Shown here: in pieces, positions 49,457 through 61,423 of the stretch
Layout of the letters: each line of letters opens with the position of its first letter
Position numbering within the stretch: the first letter of the stretch is position 1
Assembly: GCA_031835245.2 (NCBI GenBank)
Contig: JAVKOQ020000073.1
Span: 124,001-188,000 of the forward strand
Length of the DNA: 64,000 nucleotides
DNA from: Balamuthia mandrillaris
Taxonomy: Eukaryota
Reading direction: 5' to 3'
Translations under genes and position numbers: made by a program
The notes under the pieces: model-generated
Told to the model about the DNA's origin: nothing
The model's input: the letters and a program-made list of their open reading frames with translations, nothing else
Database searches by the model: none

Positions 49457-50860
49457 TCAGTTTTGAAGACTTTCAAGACTCTCATGCCTGTCGGAGAGAG
49501 AGGATTGTGTGACGGGCATGATCAACGAAGCAGCATCCGTGAGAGACCGTCGTTGATACCGATAGGATGAAGAACGACGTTGGCGTGGAGAGGATGTAGG
49601 AGACTCTGCTGCATCTTCTTCTTTTTCGCTGTTATTGTTGGAAGTTGTTGTGGTGGTGGAAGATAAGGAAGAGGTCGCTGTTTCCGCCTTTATGGTTGTG
49701 GAAGAGGAGGTAGGAGTAGTTGAAGAGGAAGAGGTGGTAGGGGTGGAAAGTGCTGTACGCATCTGTTGAAGGCGGTTGAACTCTTCCAGGATTTGCGGAT
49801 AAAAGTGGTTTCGCAGACGTGCAATCTTCTTCCTGGGAAAAGAACCAAGTCCGTCAAATGCAACCTGTTGCTCCGCACGACGTTAGAAGAAAAAATGACT
49901 CTTTTATGGTGTTCACTCGGATAGGAAAGCTACCTTGATAAGTTGGTCATAATCGTGGAGTCGCTTTGGGATGCCCTTGAGTAGGACAAACAGGGACTGG
50001 TAATCGTCGGTCTTGAGGATCTCGGCACTATGCATTTTGAGAATGGCTAACCCAACCCTGAACAACACTTTGTTCCCTTCGTTGAATAAACAGTCCCATA
50101 CTCGAAGTACTGCCTGTTATGTTTGTTAAACATCGGTTTTTTTTTTTTTTAAGAAAGGGAAAATAGAGTATAGAGAAAAGAGAAGGGAATGGAACATACC
50201 TCTGGACAAAGGTCTTTGACAAACAAGCAACTGAACCACTGCATCGTAATAAGAGGAAGTGACAAGTTATTACGATGGAGGTGAGTGGCCACCGCAGTCA
50301 GTTTTGTGGACAATAAGTCCTGCAGCACTAGCTGATCGATTTGAACTCCCAACAAATTTACTCTGAATAATAAAATAGAAGAAAGAGAAGAAATGAGTTA
50401 CAATTAACGGAAGCAAGAAAAATAAAAGGAAGTTACCCAAAGTAATGCCGTGGCAGAATATCCTCTATAGAGAAGCAAATTCATTTGAGAAGAGGGAGAG
50501 GCAGAGGGAGAGGGAGAGGCAGAGGGAGAGGGAGAGAAACGAAAGCAAACCCATGATTGTAACTAGCATCCAAAAGGCCTCTTCTTCTTTCATAAATAAC
50601 AGAATCATCCCTGTGAAGAAGTTCATGGACTGACAATAACCAACACTTATCATCTTTGTTAGATAGAGAATTTAAAGACTCAAAGATAATAACGTACGTA
50701 GGGTTCCTGATAGCATAGGCCACCAAGATTCGTTTGAGCTTTTCTTGACCCTTTTCGTCGAAGTAAGGATGTCCAGGAAAAGTTCTTGGGGCATCCTACA
50801 TACGTTGTTTGTAAAAAAGGAAACTGGTTGGAAACATTGAAGACAGATGACAGAAGAGAG

Positions 50861-50901
<41 letters not shown>

Positions 50902-53900
50902 TTACAAGAGCAATTTGCTCAGCAAAAGGAGATGGTTCCGTTTCATGCTGCCGTAATAGACTTTTGTAGTAGCCCTCGTTTTGTTCCATCTTCCGCCTTG
51001 CTCCGGAACACAGCAGCCATGCCTGCATATACCGGTTTTAATGAATGTAAGATACAACGAAGCCGAGGAAAAACTGAACAAAATACAGTACTTGTCTCCT
51101 GCGGTTCATAGGAATGCCTCTTCGAACTAAATTTTTGAAAGCGACAGTAGTCGTATACAGTCTATTCTTATTGTTCCGCAAGTAGGCTAAAGTGAGACGA
51201 GATTAGAAATGAAAAATGCTATACAAGAGGAAGAGAAAGAGGAAGAGGAAGAGGAAGAGGAAGAGGAAGAGGAAGAGGAAGAGGAAGAGGAAGAGGAAGA
51301 GGAAGAGGAAGAGGAAGAGGAAGAGGAAGAGGAAGAGGAAGAGGAAGAGGAAGAGGAAGAGGAAGAGGAAGAGGAAGAGAAGAGGAAGAGGAAGAGGAAG
51401 AGGAAGAGGAAGAGGAAGAGGAAGAGGAAGAGGAAGAGGAAGAGGAAGAGGAAGAGGAAGAGGAAGAGGAAGAGGAAGAGGAAGAGGAAGTAACACTATA
51501 CCTTGCCACTGTTGAGCATTGTGCTTAATGACGTGAGAGTATGCTTTATCTGCCAAGTAGTGTTCTTTACTTTGATAAGTAAAGCCGCAAGAATCTCGCT
51601 CTCCTTCCCACCTCACCATGTCTTCCATTTCAGATGCTTCATCTCGTTTGCTTGTGGTAGGAGTTAATAGTTCGAAACTTTTGATACTATTTTCAAAAAG
51701 TAAGAAAACGTGAGTCCGAGATTGCTTTTTAACAAGCAAAAGATAAAGAAACAAAAGAAAGAAGAAACGGCATACGCTTTTTCTATGTACATTCGCGTCG
51801 TAGCTCCAGGCACCGATCCGTCCTCCTCTTCTTCTCCTTCATATTCCTTATGTTCTGTATTTCTCTCTTCTTTGCTTCTATCTCCATATTGCTCCTCTAT
51901 CTCATCTCCTTTCTTCTTTTCTCTGCGAACAACATGCCATTCGCACTCTAGCTCTGCTTTTTCATCTTGTTCTTTCTTTCCGTTATCGAGTTCTTCGCTT
52001 TCTTTTTCTTCCGCACCACCATCTTTGTTTGAAGATTTTGTACTCCATTCCTCCATTTCGTGCGATTCACTTGCTGACGAGTGCTCGGTGCTATTACGTA
52101 TACTTCCTCTCCAAAAACCTGGCCTTGTTGAAGAGGAGGAGGAGGAAGAAGAGCCATCGCTATGCATCTCTGATGCATCAGCGTTGAGGGAGGAACCAGA
52201 GTAATCTACGGAAGAATGAGCTGAACGTGATGGAGGAGCAGAATGTTTCGTTGGTATTTGAACAACTTCATTGTGAATAGTTTTGTAGGTATTGTATATG
52301 TTGGCTGCCATAGTGAAGAATGTTTTGCCTTTCGTCGGTGTTACTGGTACTGTCGACGTGTTGCTAGCGTTATAGCTCTGTTGTTGGTGTTGATACTGCA
52401 GTTCGGCTCCTTTCCTGACAGGAACACTATCAGAAGAAGAAGTTTTGAAGCTTTGTCCTGGATCTGATGCTGATAAGTTTGGAGTAGAAGTAGAGACAGA
52501 AGCAGTGGATGGTTTCAAGGCACTGTCTTTACTATGGCCAAGGCGCGGGCTGGTGATAGTGGCAGAGGAAAATGGATTAGGAGTTAAGGCGCCTTTGTTG
52601 GCAGCTTCCCATGCTACCGATGGGATAGTTTGTTTTACAGAAGAGGAAGAAAGTGATGATGAAGAAGAGGAGGAGGAAGATGATGATGACAATTGAGGCT
52701 CCGTTTTGGTAGCTTCAATCGTAACAGCAGGAATCGCTCTTTCAGTTGCTTCAATGGGGGTGGAAGAAGATGAAGAGGGAGAAGAGGGTGAAGAGGGTGA
52801 AGAAGCAGACGGAGAACCAGGAGAAGAAGGGGAAAGTGATGGCGATGATTCTTCCTTGTGAAATGCCTCCATTTCGCACGAAGAAGGTGTTTCCTGTTCT
52901 TTGTCTTCTGTGTCAGGCATGAAAATCTCAATTCGTTTTTGTTTTTGATTATTGTTGCTGTTCAAATTGACTTTACGGGGTGACTTTAGAGAAAGACTCA
53001 TCCGTCGAGTTAAGCTAAAGCCGGTTTGTTTTTGTCCTCTCATTGCACTTAGTTGTTGCTGTTGCTGTAGTCTCCGTTCTCGTTCGAGCTTTCGCCGCTC
53101 TTGCTCTTGTTCTTGTTCTAATTCGATCTCTCTAAGCACTTCTCTTTCTTTCTCTGCTTCACGTTCGATCCTTCGCTCTCCAGCTGTATCTAATTCGTCC
53201 ATTATTTGTGGAATGAACGTTCCTTTAGTTGCTTTTGTTCGTTGCCTTTTCTTGAGGTGATGAGAAGTATTGTTGCTCTCACGTTCATTTTTCGTTTGGT
53301 CTTCTCCTCTGGCATCTGTTTTTGTTTCTTCTTCCTTTTCGTGTTCATCTACTTCTCTTACTTCCTCTTCTTCTTTTACTTTTCGTTCGAATGCTTCATT
53401 CAACGTTGTCGACTCGTTCGTTGAAGCAAGGTGTAGCACAGGAGGCTCAAAATAGCTTTGATCCTCCTCGTCTCTTCCTACCCGTTGAGGAGAAGGTACG
53501 ATGAAATCTTTTAATGCAAGAGACCACGCTAAAAACTCGAACACGCTCTCTGAGTTGGAAGTTCGATTCTCTCCATACGTTTTGAGCAACGTTATAAGAT
53601 CGCCTGGTCAACGATGAAAATTAAAGGTGTGAACAACAAAATGTTTCAACTTAAATGAAAACTTGAATGTACCTATTGCTGTTTGCTTTTGTTTCAACAA
53701 ATATAACAAAGAGTGAAGCTGAGAAGGCAATTGGCTCTGCTCAAAAGCAAAATATTTGATAGAACGTCCGCATTGTGCTGCTGCTATCACTTGAATGATC
53801 GCTTTCAACTGTGGATCGCCTTTAAAGATGCCACAACCTATCAATGTTTCAACAAAAATGGGGGGAGAGAATGAGATAACTAGCCTCATTGAAGATAAAC

Positions 53901-55650
53901 TAGAAAGAAACAAATTAGAAGTAACAGTTACCCCAGTTGCCGGTGGCAATTGGCTTCAGCGCTTTTGTTGCTGTGTAGATGCCTTCTTCTGGAACAGAGA
54001 AACCAGCATACGCTTTGTTGAGATCTCGCAAAAGAAACGGAATCTCATATTGCTGCTTATGTTCTCCGTTCTCTATCATTCTAAAGTCAACTGCGTCAAT
54101 AGCTATTACTTCTGTGTCCAACCGACCCATTGCATCACTTTAAAAAAAAAAGGATAACAAAATGAGCAAACAAAACAAAAAAACAAAGCAGAAATGAAAC
54201 GAACCGTTTGGAACGTTTTGTAGGAAGGACATAGTCTCCATCAAACGTAAAGGACGGACCATAACCACGATAGTTACTATAGCGTTGAGCTCCTTTGATC
54301 ACTAGACTCTCCCACTCAGTTAACTTGGCGGTGAACAACATCGCTGCCAACAACTCCGGATGAATCATCATCAATATCTGTTCTTGTATTGCGCTCTGAA
54401 GTAGTGAACAGAAAATAAACCTCAAATTCGGACATATGCTTCTGCTTTAAAGAAAATAAAACAGAAACAGAACGTTGAACAAACCTCTTGAAGAACGCCG
54501 CCGCCAATGAACTCGTTTGCAAAGTCAACGTGAGCCATTCCAATCGCGTCTTCGATCTTATTTTCAAAACCAGCAACCGCAGCCACTTCTATGTCCGTGA
54601 ACCGCGTTTGGGAGATTTGCCAGTCGGGCAGTTGCTGCTGGTGAATTACGCGTCTATGGTATGTTACGGTTCCCAGTGAGTGCGTTCCTCCTTCTTTTGT
54701 CGACCATCCATTACAAGCCTCCACTATAAATATAATTTCGTGAGAGGTGAGAACACCAAATAGAGAGAGAGAGAGAGAGAGAAGAGAAGAGAAGAGAAGA
54801 GAAGAGAAGAGAAGAGAAGAGAAGAGAAGAGAAGAGAAGAGAGAAGAGAAGAGAAGAGAAGAGAAGAGAAGAGAAGAGAAGAGAAGAGAAGAGAAGAGAA
54901 GAGAAGAGAAGAGAAGAGAAGAGAAGAAAAGAGAAGAGAAGAGAAGAGAAGAAAGAAAAGAGAAGAGAAGAGAAGAGAAGAGAAGAGAAGAGAAGAGAAG
55001 AGAAGAGAAGAGAAGAAGAAGAGAAGAGAAGAGAGAGAAGAGAAGAGAAGAGAAGAAAAGAGAAGAGAAGAGAAGAGAAGAGAAGAGAGAGAAAAGAAGA
55101 AAAAAAAGAGAAGAGAAAGAAGAAAAAGATGATGAAGAGAAGAGAAAAGATGATGAAGAGAAGAGAGAAGCAACGAACGTTCTTGCTTAAACCGCTCAAA
55201 GTAGTGCAATATGCTTCGAAGCTTTTCGCTTTGCTGAGAACCGTACTCGCCATCGACTATCTCATAGAGACAAGACATGCACTCCTCTTCGATGACTTCG
55301 TCAGACTAAAATAAAAAGGAAAACAAATGGAAGAAAGCAAAGAACGAACAGAAGAAAGCATTTGGACGACATCTGGAAACATACCAGAAGGGTTGCCACT
55401 GAAGTTGAAATAGGGAAATTGTTGTGCCTTGTAGCGTTGTACAGGAAACGTACAAAAGAAAGCGTTCGCCAAGAGAGAGGCTATCTGCAGCCGGGTGAGT
55501 GTAACCGTTTGTTCAACGCCTTCCACCAGCAATGCGATCGGAGAAGGAAAAAGCTCTGGCAGCTTTTTTTGTCATTTAAAACAATGAATGCGAATTGAGA
55601 ACACAGAACGAGAAAAAGAGAAGCAGAGGAGAGGGGGAGAGAGGAAGAGG

Positions 55651-55685
<35 letters not shown>

Positions 55686-56111
55686 TCCGGGAAGAGAGAG
55701 CAGAACGTGAGGAGAGAGAAACAACAACGAAAGACAATGAAAACAAACCTGAAGAGCGACCCGCTGCAGAAACGGCAGAGTGGAGGAGAAAAATCTGACC
55801 CGCTCTTCCTCGCTCATCCGCTCCTTCAAGAACAAGCTCAACCCATCAAACGAGGGAGGCATCGTCTCGCTATGTGCCTCCGTTTTAAGGTGCTGTATCC
55901 GGATCAACGCCGCAATCAGCTGTTCCGGGGTGGTGAGGGCAGCCGTCAGCACCTTCTCCACGATCAGATCCCACAGAGGAAGAACCTCCCCTTCTTGGCT
56001 GCTTTGGTAGGTAAGGCCGCGGCAGCATGGCAACTGGACGTAAGGGCTGAGCTTCTCCTTTGGGTGTCGTCCCTTGCCCTCTTCGCTGCCGCTACTACTT
56101 TCCGCCAGCAT
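49457..56111 (-). CDS. PARG-fold domain (QEE->QEQ) fused through a long low-complexity linker to a TBC Rab-GAP domain, multi-exon
   Basis: PARG motifs: [91 protein letters not shown] motifs: [67 protein letters not shown]. The linking exon 53589..~51777 is open and both flanking GT-AG junctions keep the frame. Confidence 0.8.
51226..51490 (+). repeat. Intronic (GAGGAA)n microsatellite
   Basis: About 260-bp hexamer tract starting just after the GT donor of a TBC-region intron. Confidence 0.95.
54779..55090 (+). repeat. Intronic (GAGAA)n microsatellite
   Basis: About 300-bp pentamer tract within a PARG-region intron. Confidence 0.95.
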
Positions 56112-56421
56112 TTTCGTCACAAAAAAAAAAATAAATAGATATATCTCCTTCTCTTTTTCTTCTTCTTCGTTTGAGCAAAAAAAAAAGAAGAAGACGTGCT
56201 TGTTGTAGTTACGTTTGCCTTCCTCGCTCACCGTAAGAAGAAAAAGAATGCCTGCCGTGCCGCTGCCACTTCTTTCTATTCTCTTTCTTCTTCGTTTATT
56301 TCAAAAAAATTATTATTTGTAATTTCAACAATTATCGTACGATTTTATTATCGATAGTGTCCGCAAAAATTAATCCGAGTCGACATGGGCAAAAAGATAC
56401 TTTTCGCATTTGTGTCGACAT

Positions 56422-56808
56422 TCACTTGTTGCGTTCCCTGAGGCGCGCCGAGTTGGGCTGCATCACCCCCAACAGGCGTCCTTGGTCCTCGCCCTTGTGG
56501 TCCCTCATCTCGGCAGCTGCCGAGCGGTGGTACCTCGCCTTGCCCTCCATCTCCGTGATGAACTTGGGGTCCTTTTGCGTCTTGCTCTTGTCCTTCTCCT
56601 CGTCCGCCTTCTTCTGCAGCGACTCGGCGTACTTGTCCCTCTCCTCCGCGGTCATGGGGTCCTTGGGGAAGGGATTCTCCTTTCGATGGGCGGGTTGAGA
56701 CTCCACCGACTGGGTGTAGATTTTGCCCTTGGGGGTCTGCACGGTCAGGTCCTCCAAGGCGGAGGGTTCCCTCGGCTTGTTCTGCTCCAACTGGCTCTGT
56801 CCTTCCAT
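56422..56808 (-). CDS. Small hydrophilic, highly charged hypothetical protein (128 aa)
   Basis: Intact ATG-to-stop ORF with strongly G/C-ending codons; no family recognised. Confidence 0.7.
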   Translation of the reverse strand: MEGQSQLEQNKPREPSALEDLTVQTPKGKIYTQSVESQPAHRKENPFPKDPMTAEERDKYAESLQKKADEEKDKSKTQKDPKFITEMEGKARYHRSAAAEMRDHKGEDQGRLLGVMQPNSARLRERNK

Positions 56809-57153
56809 TTTCAGCTATGAAATAAGATGGGTGAACCTTGCTTGTTGTTGTTCTGTCTTTTGAGTGTGTGAGTCGTTTGTGTTCGTTGTGGCTCGTTGTT
56901 TTTTTTTTAAAAAAGCAGGCTCTCTCTGGTTCGTTTGGCTTTATGTTTGGTTTGGTCGCCGGATAGAAGACAGGGAAAACAGAGAGAAAACTGCAAAGCA
57001 AGGCGAGGAAAGGTGGAGCATGCAACGCCCCCCACCCCCACCCCTCGTGCGAAGAGGAAAAGTCCTTCCCCTCCGCAAATAACCCAACGAAAAGTCTTCC
57101 CAGAACCAATGACGAGAGAGAGAGAGACAGAGAGAGATGGAGAGAATAGCGAG

Positions 57154-57197
<44 letters not shown>

Positions 57198-57270
57198 ACA
57201 GAAAGAGAAGCGGAGGGAGGAAGAGAGGGACTGATAACGAACTGGTTACATGGACTAAACGAGGTGTTTC

Positions 57271-58254
57271 TTAGTTAGCATTCTGCAAAGTGATAGTTCT
57301 ATCCTTGAGGGTGGTTTGGTTCATCTCTTTCATCGCCCGCTCTTTCTCCTCCTCGCTGTCAAACTCTACAAAGCCAAAGTACTTGCTGCGGCCGTCGTTG
57401 CCACGCTTTGGGATGTCCACTGAGCGGACGGAAAAGGTGGAGGCGAACAACTCTCGCAGCTCTTCTTCTGTGGTCTCGGAAGGAAGGTTGCCCACATAAA
57501 GCGTCCGTTTGCTCTTTTCCAGGTCCTGCAATCTGTCCAATCAAAGAGGTCAGCGTTAGTAGGAGAATGAAACAACGAGAAACGATGAGAAAACCAGGAT
57601 GGAAAGAGAAGGGCAAGAAGTACAAAAGAAAAGAACAAGCAACAGAAGACTAAATACACAAAGCAAGAACAGGAGAAACGAATGAAGAGGGACTTACTTT
57701 TTTTCTTTGTCGGGAATCTCTGAGCTCTCAAAGTGAGGAGGGCTCTGTGCTCCTTCCTCTCCCAAAGGAACCACATAACGCACTTCGAAGGGGTCATCCG
57801 CTGTTCTGCTGATGAGATAAACCTCCTTCAGGACAAACTCGAACGAGTCGTCCCAAATCTTCTCAAACTCTTTGATCTTGCGCAGCATTTCTGCCTGAGA
57901 AGAAGAAAGAAGAAGATAAAAGAGAAAGAAGAAAGAAGAACAAGAAGAAAGAAGAAAGCAGAAAGCACATCGGTAAGCGTCGTCCCTGGGTTCACACGCA
58001 ACACAACGAGTGAAAGCAAGCACCTTTTTCTTGAACTGGCCAACGCTCATGTGAGCAGTGAAGCCTTTGTCGGATTTTGTGGACTGAGCGTCGCAATAGG
58101 GATATGCTTCTTCGATCTTCCTCTGCAGCTCTTTCAACGATCCTTCTGGCTGTTTATAAACCCAGACAAGCACAAAGTGAGAAGAGAAGAAAGGAAAAAA
58201 GAGGAAGAGCAAGGAAGCAAGGAAACTGGAAGAGCATAGCGCGAGGAGAAAGCG

Positions 58255-58290
<36 letters not shown>

Positions 58291-58725
58291 AGAAGAAAGA
58301 GAACAACAAAAGAAGAGCAAAGAAAGAAGATGCAAGAAGAACGGAGCAACGAGAAAAAGAAGACAAGAAGGGCGAAGAGCAAAGGTGTATCCATGGGAGA
58401 GTAGAAACCAAACCTCATCTTCGGGATGCGCCCAAACGGTATAGCTCTTGCTGTGCTCAAAGAAGTCAAACTTGCGGAACCGCAGTGTGAAGGGCTTCAT
58501 GGAGGAAAGAGCTGCGGTCAAGCGTTGGTGAGCCTCCTCAAAGTAGAGGTCCTCCACAAAGGGAAAGAGCAGGGTGATGTGCGGCATCCACCGGACGAAC
58601 CCCCTGTCGTGCTGCCGGCGTATGTCCTGCAAGGGGCCGTCCCAAAGCTGAGGTGGAGGGATCACCACCACCGCTGACTTGAACACAGTCTTCCGCTTCG
58701 CCACCGCTTCCATTGCTCCCAACAT
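57271..58725 (-). CDS. 2H phosphoesterase (2'-5' RNA ligase superfamily, LENG9-like) fused to a C-terminal RRM, multi-exon
   Basis: SAVVVIPP...IRRQHD...RWMPHITLLFPF (HxT) and FTAHMSVGQF (HxS). RRM: TLYVGNLP (RNP2) and KYFGFVEF (RNP1). The junction AA|gtaag...cag|A TTG CAG keeps the frame. Confidence 0.85.
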
Positions 58726-59503
58726 GTTTCACTCTTTTTTGCGTTTCGTTTAAACGAATGGGTTGGTCGAGTTAAGCAAACAAAAACCTTCTGCGAAGCA
58801 TTCCTTCTTTTTTCTCAGTTCACCAGGTTTTCATGCCGCCAACTGTTCGTCGTCACTCGGCTCTTGGTGATAAAGCAGAAAAACCATAACCAAAAGGACT
58901 GCGTAAAAAAAAACGCAAGATAGCGAGGCAGAGGACAGCAAAGGGAGGGGGAAAAAACAGTGCCGAGACCGACGACCTTGTGGTAGAGGGGTACAACGGG
59001 TCTGGAATGGTTTGAAAAGGGGGGAACACGCCGTGACATTTGCGGTCCAAGCCCTCGCAAAAGTCAAAGAAATCTGTAATAAAACGCCCATTGGGTCAAT
59101 TCACAGAGAGTCGGTGGAAAATCCGGGGCAAAAGGAAAGCTTATGGAGTTTTTCCACCAATCCTGTACACTCCGTAGTCGACAAAATGACCTTCTTTGTT
59201 TGTCAAAATCCATCAATTAAAGTACCTTTTCAGCGTTCATAAAGGGTGAATTTTTTTTCGCCTCGCATTTTTCTTTTTCGTTTTTGTATCCAGCCGACAG
59301 TCAGGACCGTTCCCCCTTCGCTTCGCCGCAGCGACCCCAAGAGCTTGTGCTACTTCACACACCTCCCTTTTGCTTCTTCTGTTTCTTCCACTGCAAGCCA
59401 GCCTCTTTCGCTCGCACGCCCCTTTTAAACTTTGTTTTTTTTTATTTTGGCCCACTACTTTTTTTTGTTGACTCGCACTGCGCACTCTAACACAACCGAC
59501 ACC

Positions 59504-60160
59504 ATGGAAGGCGACCTGTTCTTCTTGCTCCCCGACTCTCCCACTAAACTCTCTCCTCCTGCTCACCGCCCTCGTAGCCGCACAATGAGCAACGCTTGCC
59601 CCTCTTCTCCCAAACCGCGTTGCCTGGAAGAGATGCCTGTCTCTGGCGGGGGCAAAAAACGGTCCAGCTCTTTCTCCTTCCAGAAAGATGCCGCCCTCTT
59701 TGGGTCCCCTAGCAGATCCAACTCCAATCTCTCCCTGTGGTCGTACCTCCCTTCTTTCACGGCCAACAACAAAAATACCAACCCCAACCCTTCGCCTTCC
59801 TCCTCCCCCTCTGAGCGGTTCTGCCCTGTTCCTTCTGCCAGCCGACGCGACGCTGGTCACTCGACTAACAAGTAAAACGAACGAACAACACAAGAAACGA
59901 GGAGGACGTTAGAAAAAAAATATAGGATGAACGAAGGATGAAAGAGTGGAAGGAACAAAGGGAAAGGAAGGAGGTTCGAAGGGGGAAAGGGAGGAGGAAC
60001 TGTTTCGGTGATAGGAGAAAGAGGATAATAACTGTACGTTTAGAACGACGGGCTTTTTTTTTTGGACCGTTGAAGGTAGAACAAAAAAAAGTGCAACCGT
60101 AGAGCAGCCCTCGAGAGGACAATGACGCCTAGCGTTTCTGTTCCTCGCCCTCTACGTTGA
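59504..60160 (+). CDS. Ser/Pro-rich small hypothetical protein (probably two exons)
   Basis: ATG 59504 MEGDLFFLLPDSPTKLSPP... A possible GT donor near 59872 and ...ccgtag acceptor give AALERTMTPSVSVPRPLR*; unspliced, the ORF stops at 59875. Confidence 0.45.
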
Positions 60161-60397
60161 GGACACAACTTCGACGGGACGATGACAACAGCAGCACTCA
60201 AAGCCTAAGGATGGATTCGCACAACCCACACTCGCCTTATTTTTTGTTTTTATGTTTTTTTGTATCTGCTGTACACTACTGTTCACTTAAGACTTGTAAT
60301 GCTTACCAACATAACAAAGGCGGTAGCTGTACATAATCAAACTTTTACCCTACCAATGCCTCCTCTTTCCCCTTCCCTCTTTTTCATTTGGGGAACT

Positions 60398-60442
<45 letters not shown>

Positions 60443-60880
60443 GAACAACAACAAAGGACACCAGAAGAAGGCGCGGTGTTCCTTCGATCGTTCGTCCAAG
60501 CAGATCTATTAGGGAACCAAGGTTGATCTCCAGCAACATGTTTGAATTGTGGTTGGAGGTCACCTGGCTCCCGTGTATCTCCGGTTAATTATCACATGTC
60601 CTCCTGGCTAACTCCGCTGTGGGGCAACAACAACAACAATAAAGAATTTGTCATTTACGAGAAGAGAGAGGAGTGAAGGAAAAAGGGGAGAGGAGAAAGG
60701 GCAAAGTGGTGCACTGCGGCCCAGAAAAAGAAAAAGTTTTGAGTGTGTTTGAAACAAGAAGACGAAAGAAACAAAAACCTAAACCACCCTTATTATTTTC
60801 TTTACTTTTACGACCCGTTCTTCCTTCTTGTTGTAAAAAACAGAGAGAGTAAGTTTTGGTTGGTGTAACAGAAAGAAACG

Positions 60881-61381
60881 ATGAAGCTAGTCCGACCCGG
60901 TGGTACTGAGCCCGGCTTTGCCAAGCGCATCCAGGCCTTTGGCGTTTTCAGCCTCGAAGGAGAACGCCACAAGAACGAGGACCGTTGGGTGACCTTCAAG
61001 CAAATCCTCGACGAGGGCCTCCCCGAGCCTTCTCTCGGTTCCGTGGAGATCACCGAGGCCTCTTCCCCCGAAGAAAAAGAGGAAAAGGGCTCTCCTACTG
61101 TGCCGGCCAAGGCGAGCAGTGAAGGCCAAGGTTCAAGCTCCGACGAGGAAGGAGCACCTTCGGGCGGTGAGGTTTGCTCGTCCTCCTATCCCGGACGATT
61201 CAATCCAAGTTATTTCGCGGTGTATGACGGACATGGCGGTCGCATGGCGGCGGACTTTGTGCGGGTTCATCTTCACGCACAGATCATCAATCAACAAACG
61301 AGCAACTTATTTTGGCCACAGTCGTCTGCTGCTGTTGATGAGAAAAAGTTTGTTGAAAATTTCTTCTTCTCTCGCTCTCTC

Positions 61382-61423
<42 letters not shown>

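Noticed and set aside
51203..51515. Poly-E, KR, RG, LP and poly-S ORFs here and at 23.6-24.0 kb, 54.7-55.3 kb and 7.5-8.0 kb
   Set aside because: Translations of intronic microsatellites that simply lack stop codons.
12648..58725. ADP-ribose 'island' (WGR/SAP gene, PARG-TBC, 2H phosphoesterase)
   Set aside because: The WGR/SAP gene is about 35 kb from the other two with many unrelated genes between, and there is no PARP in the window; co-location is probably chance.
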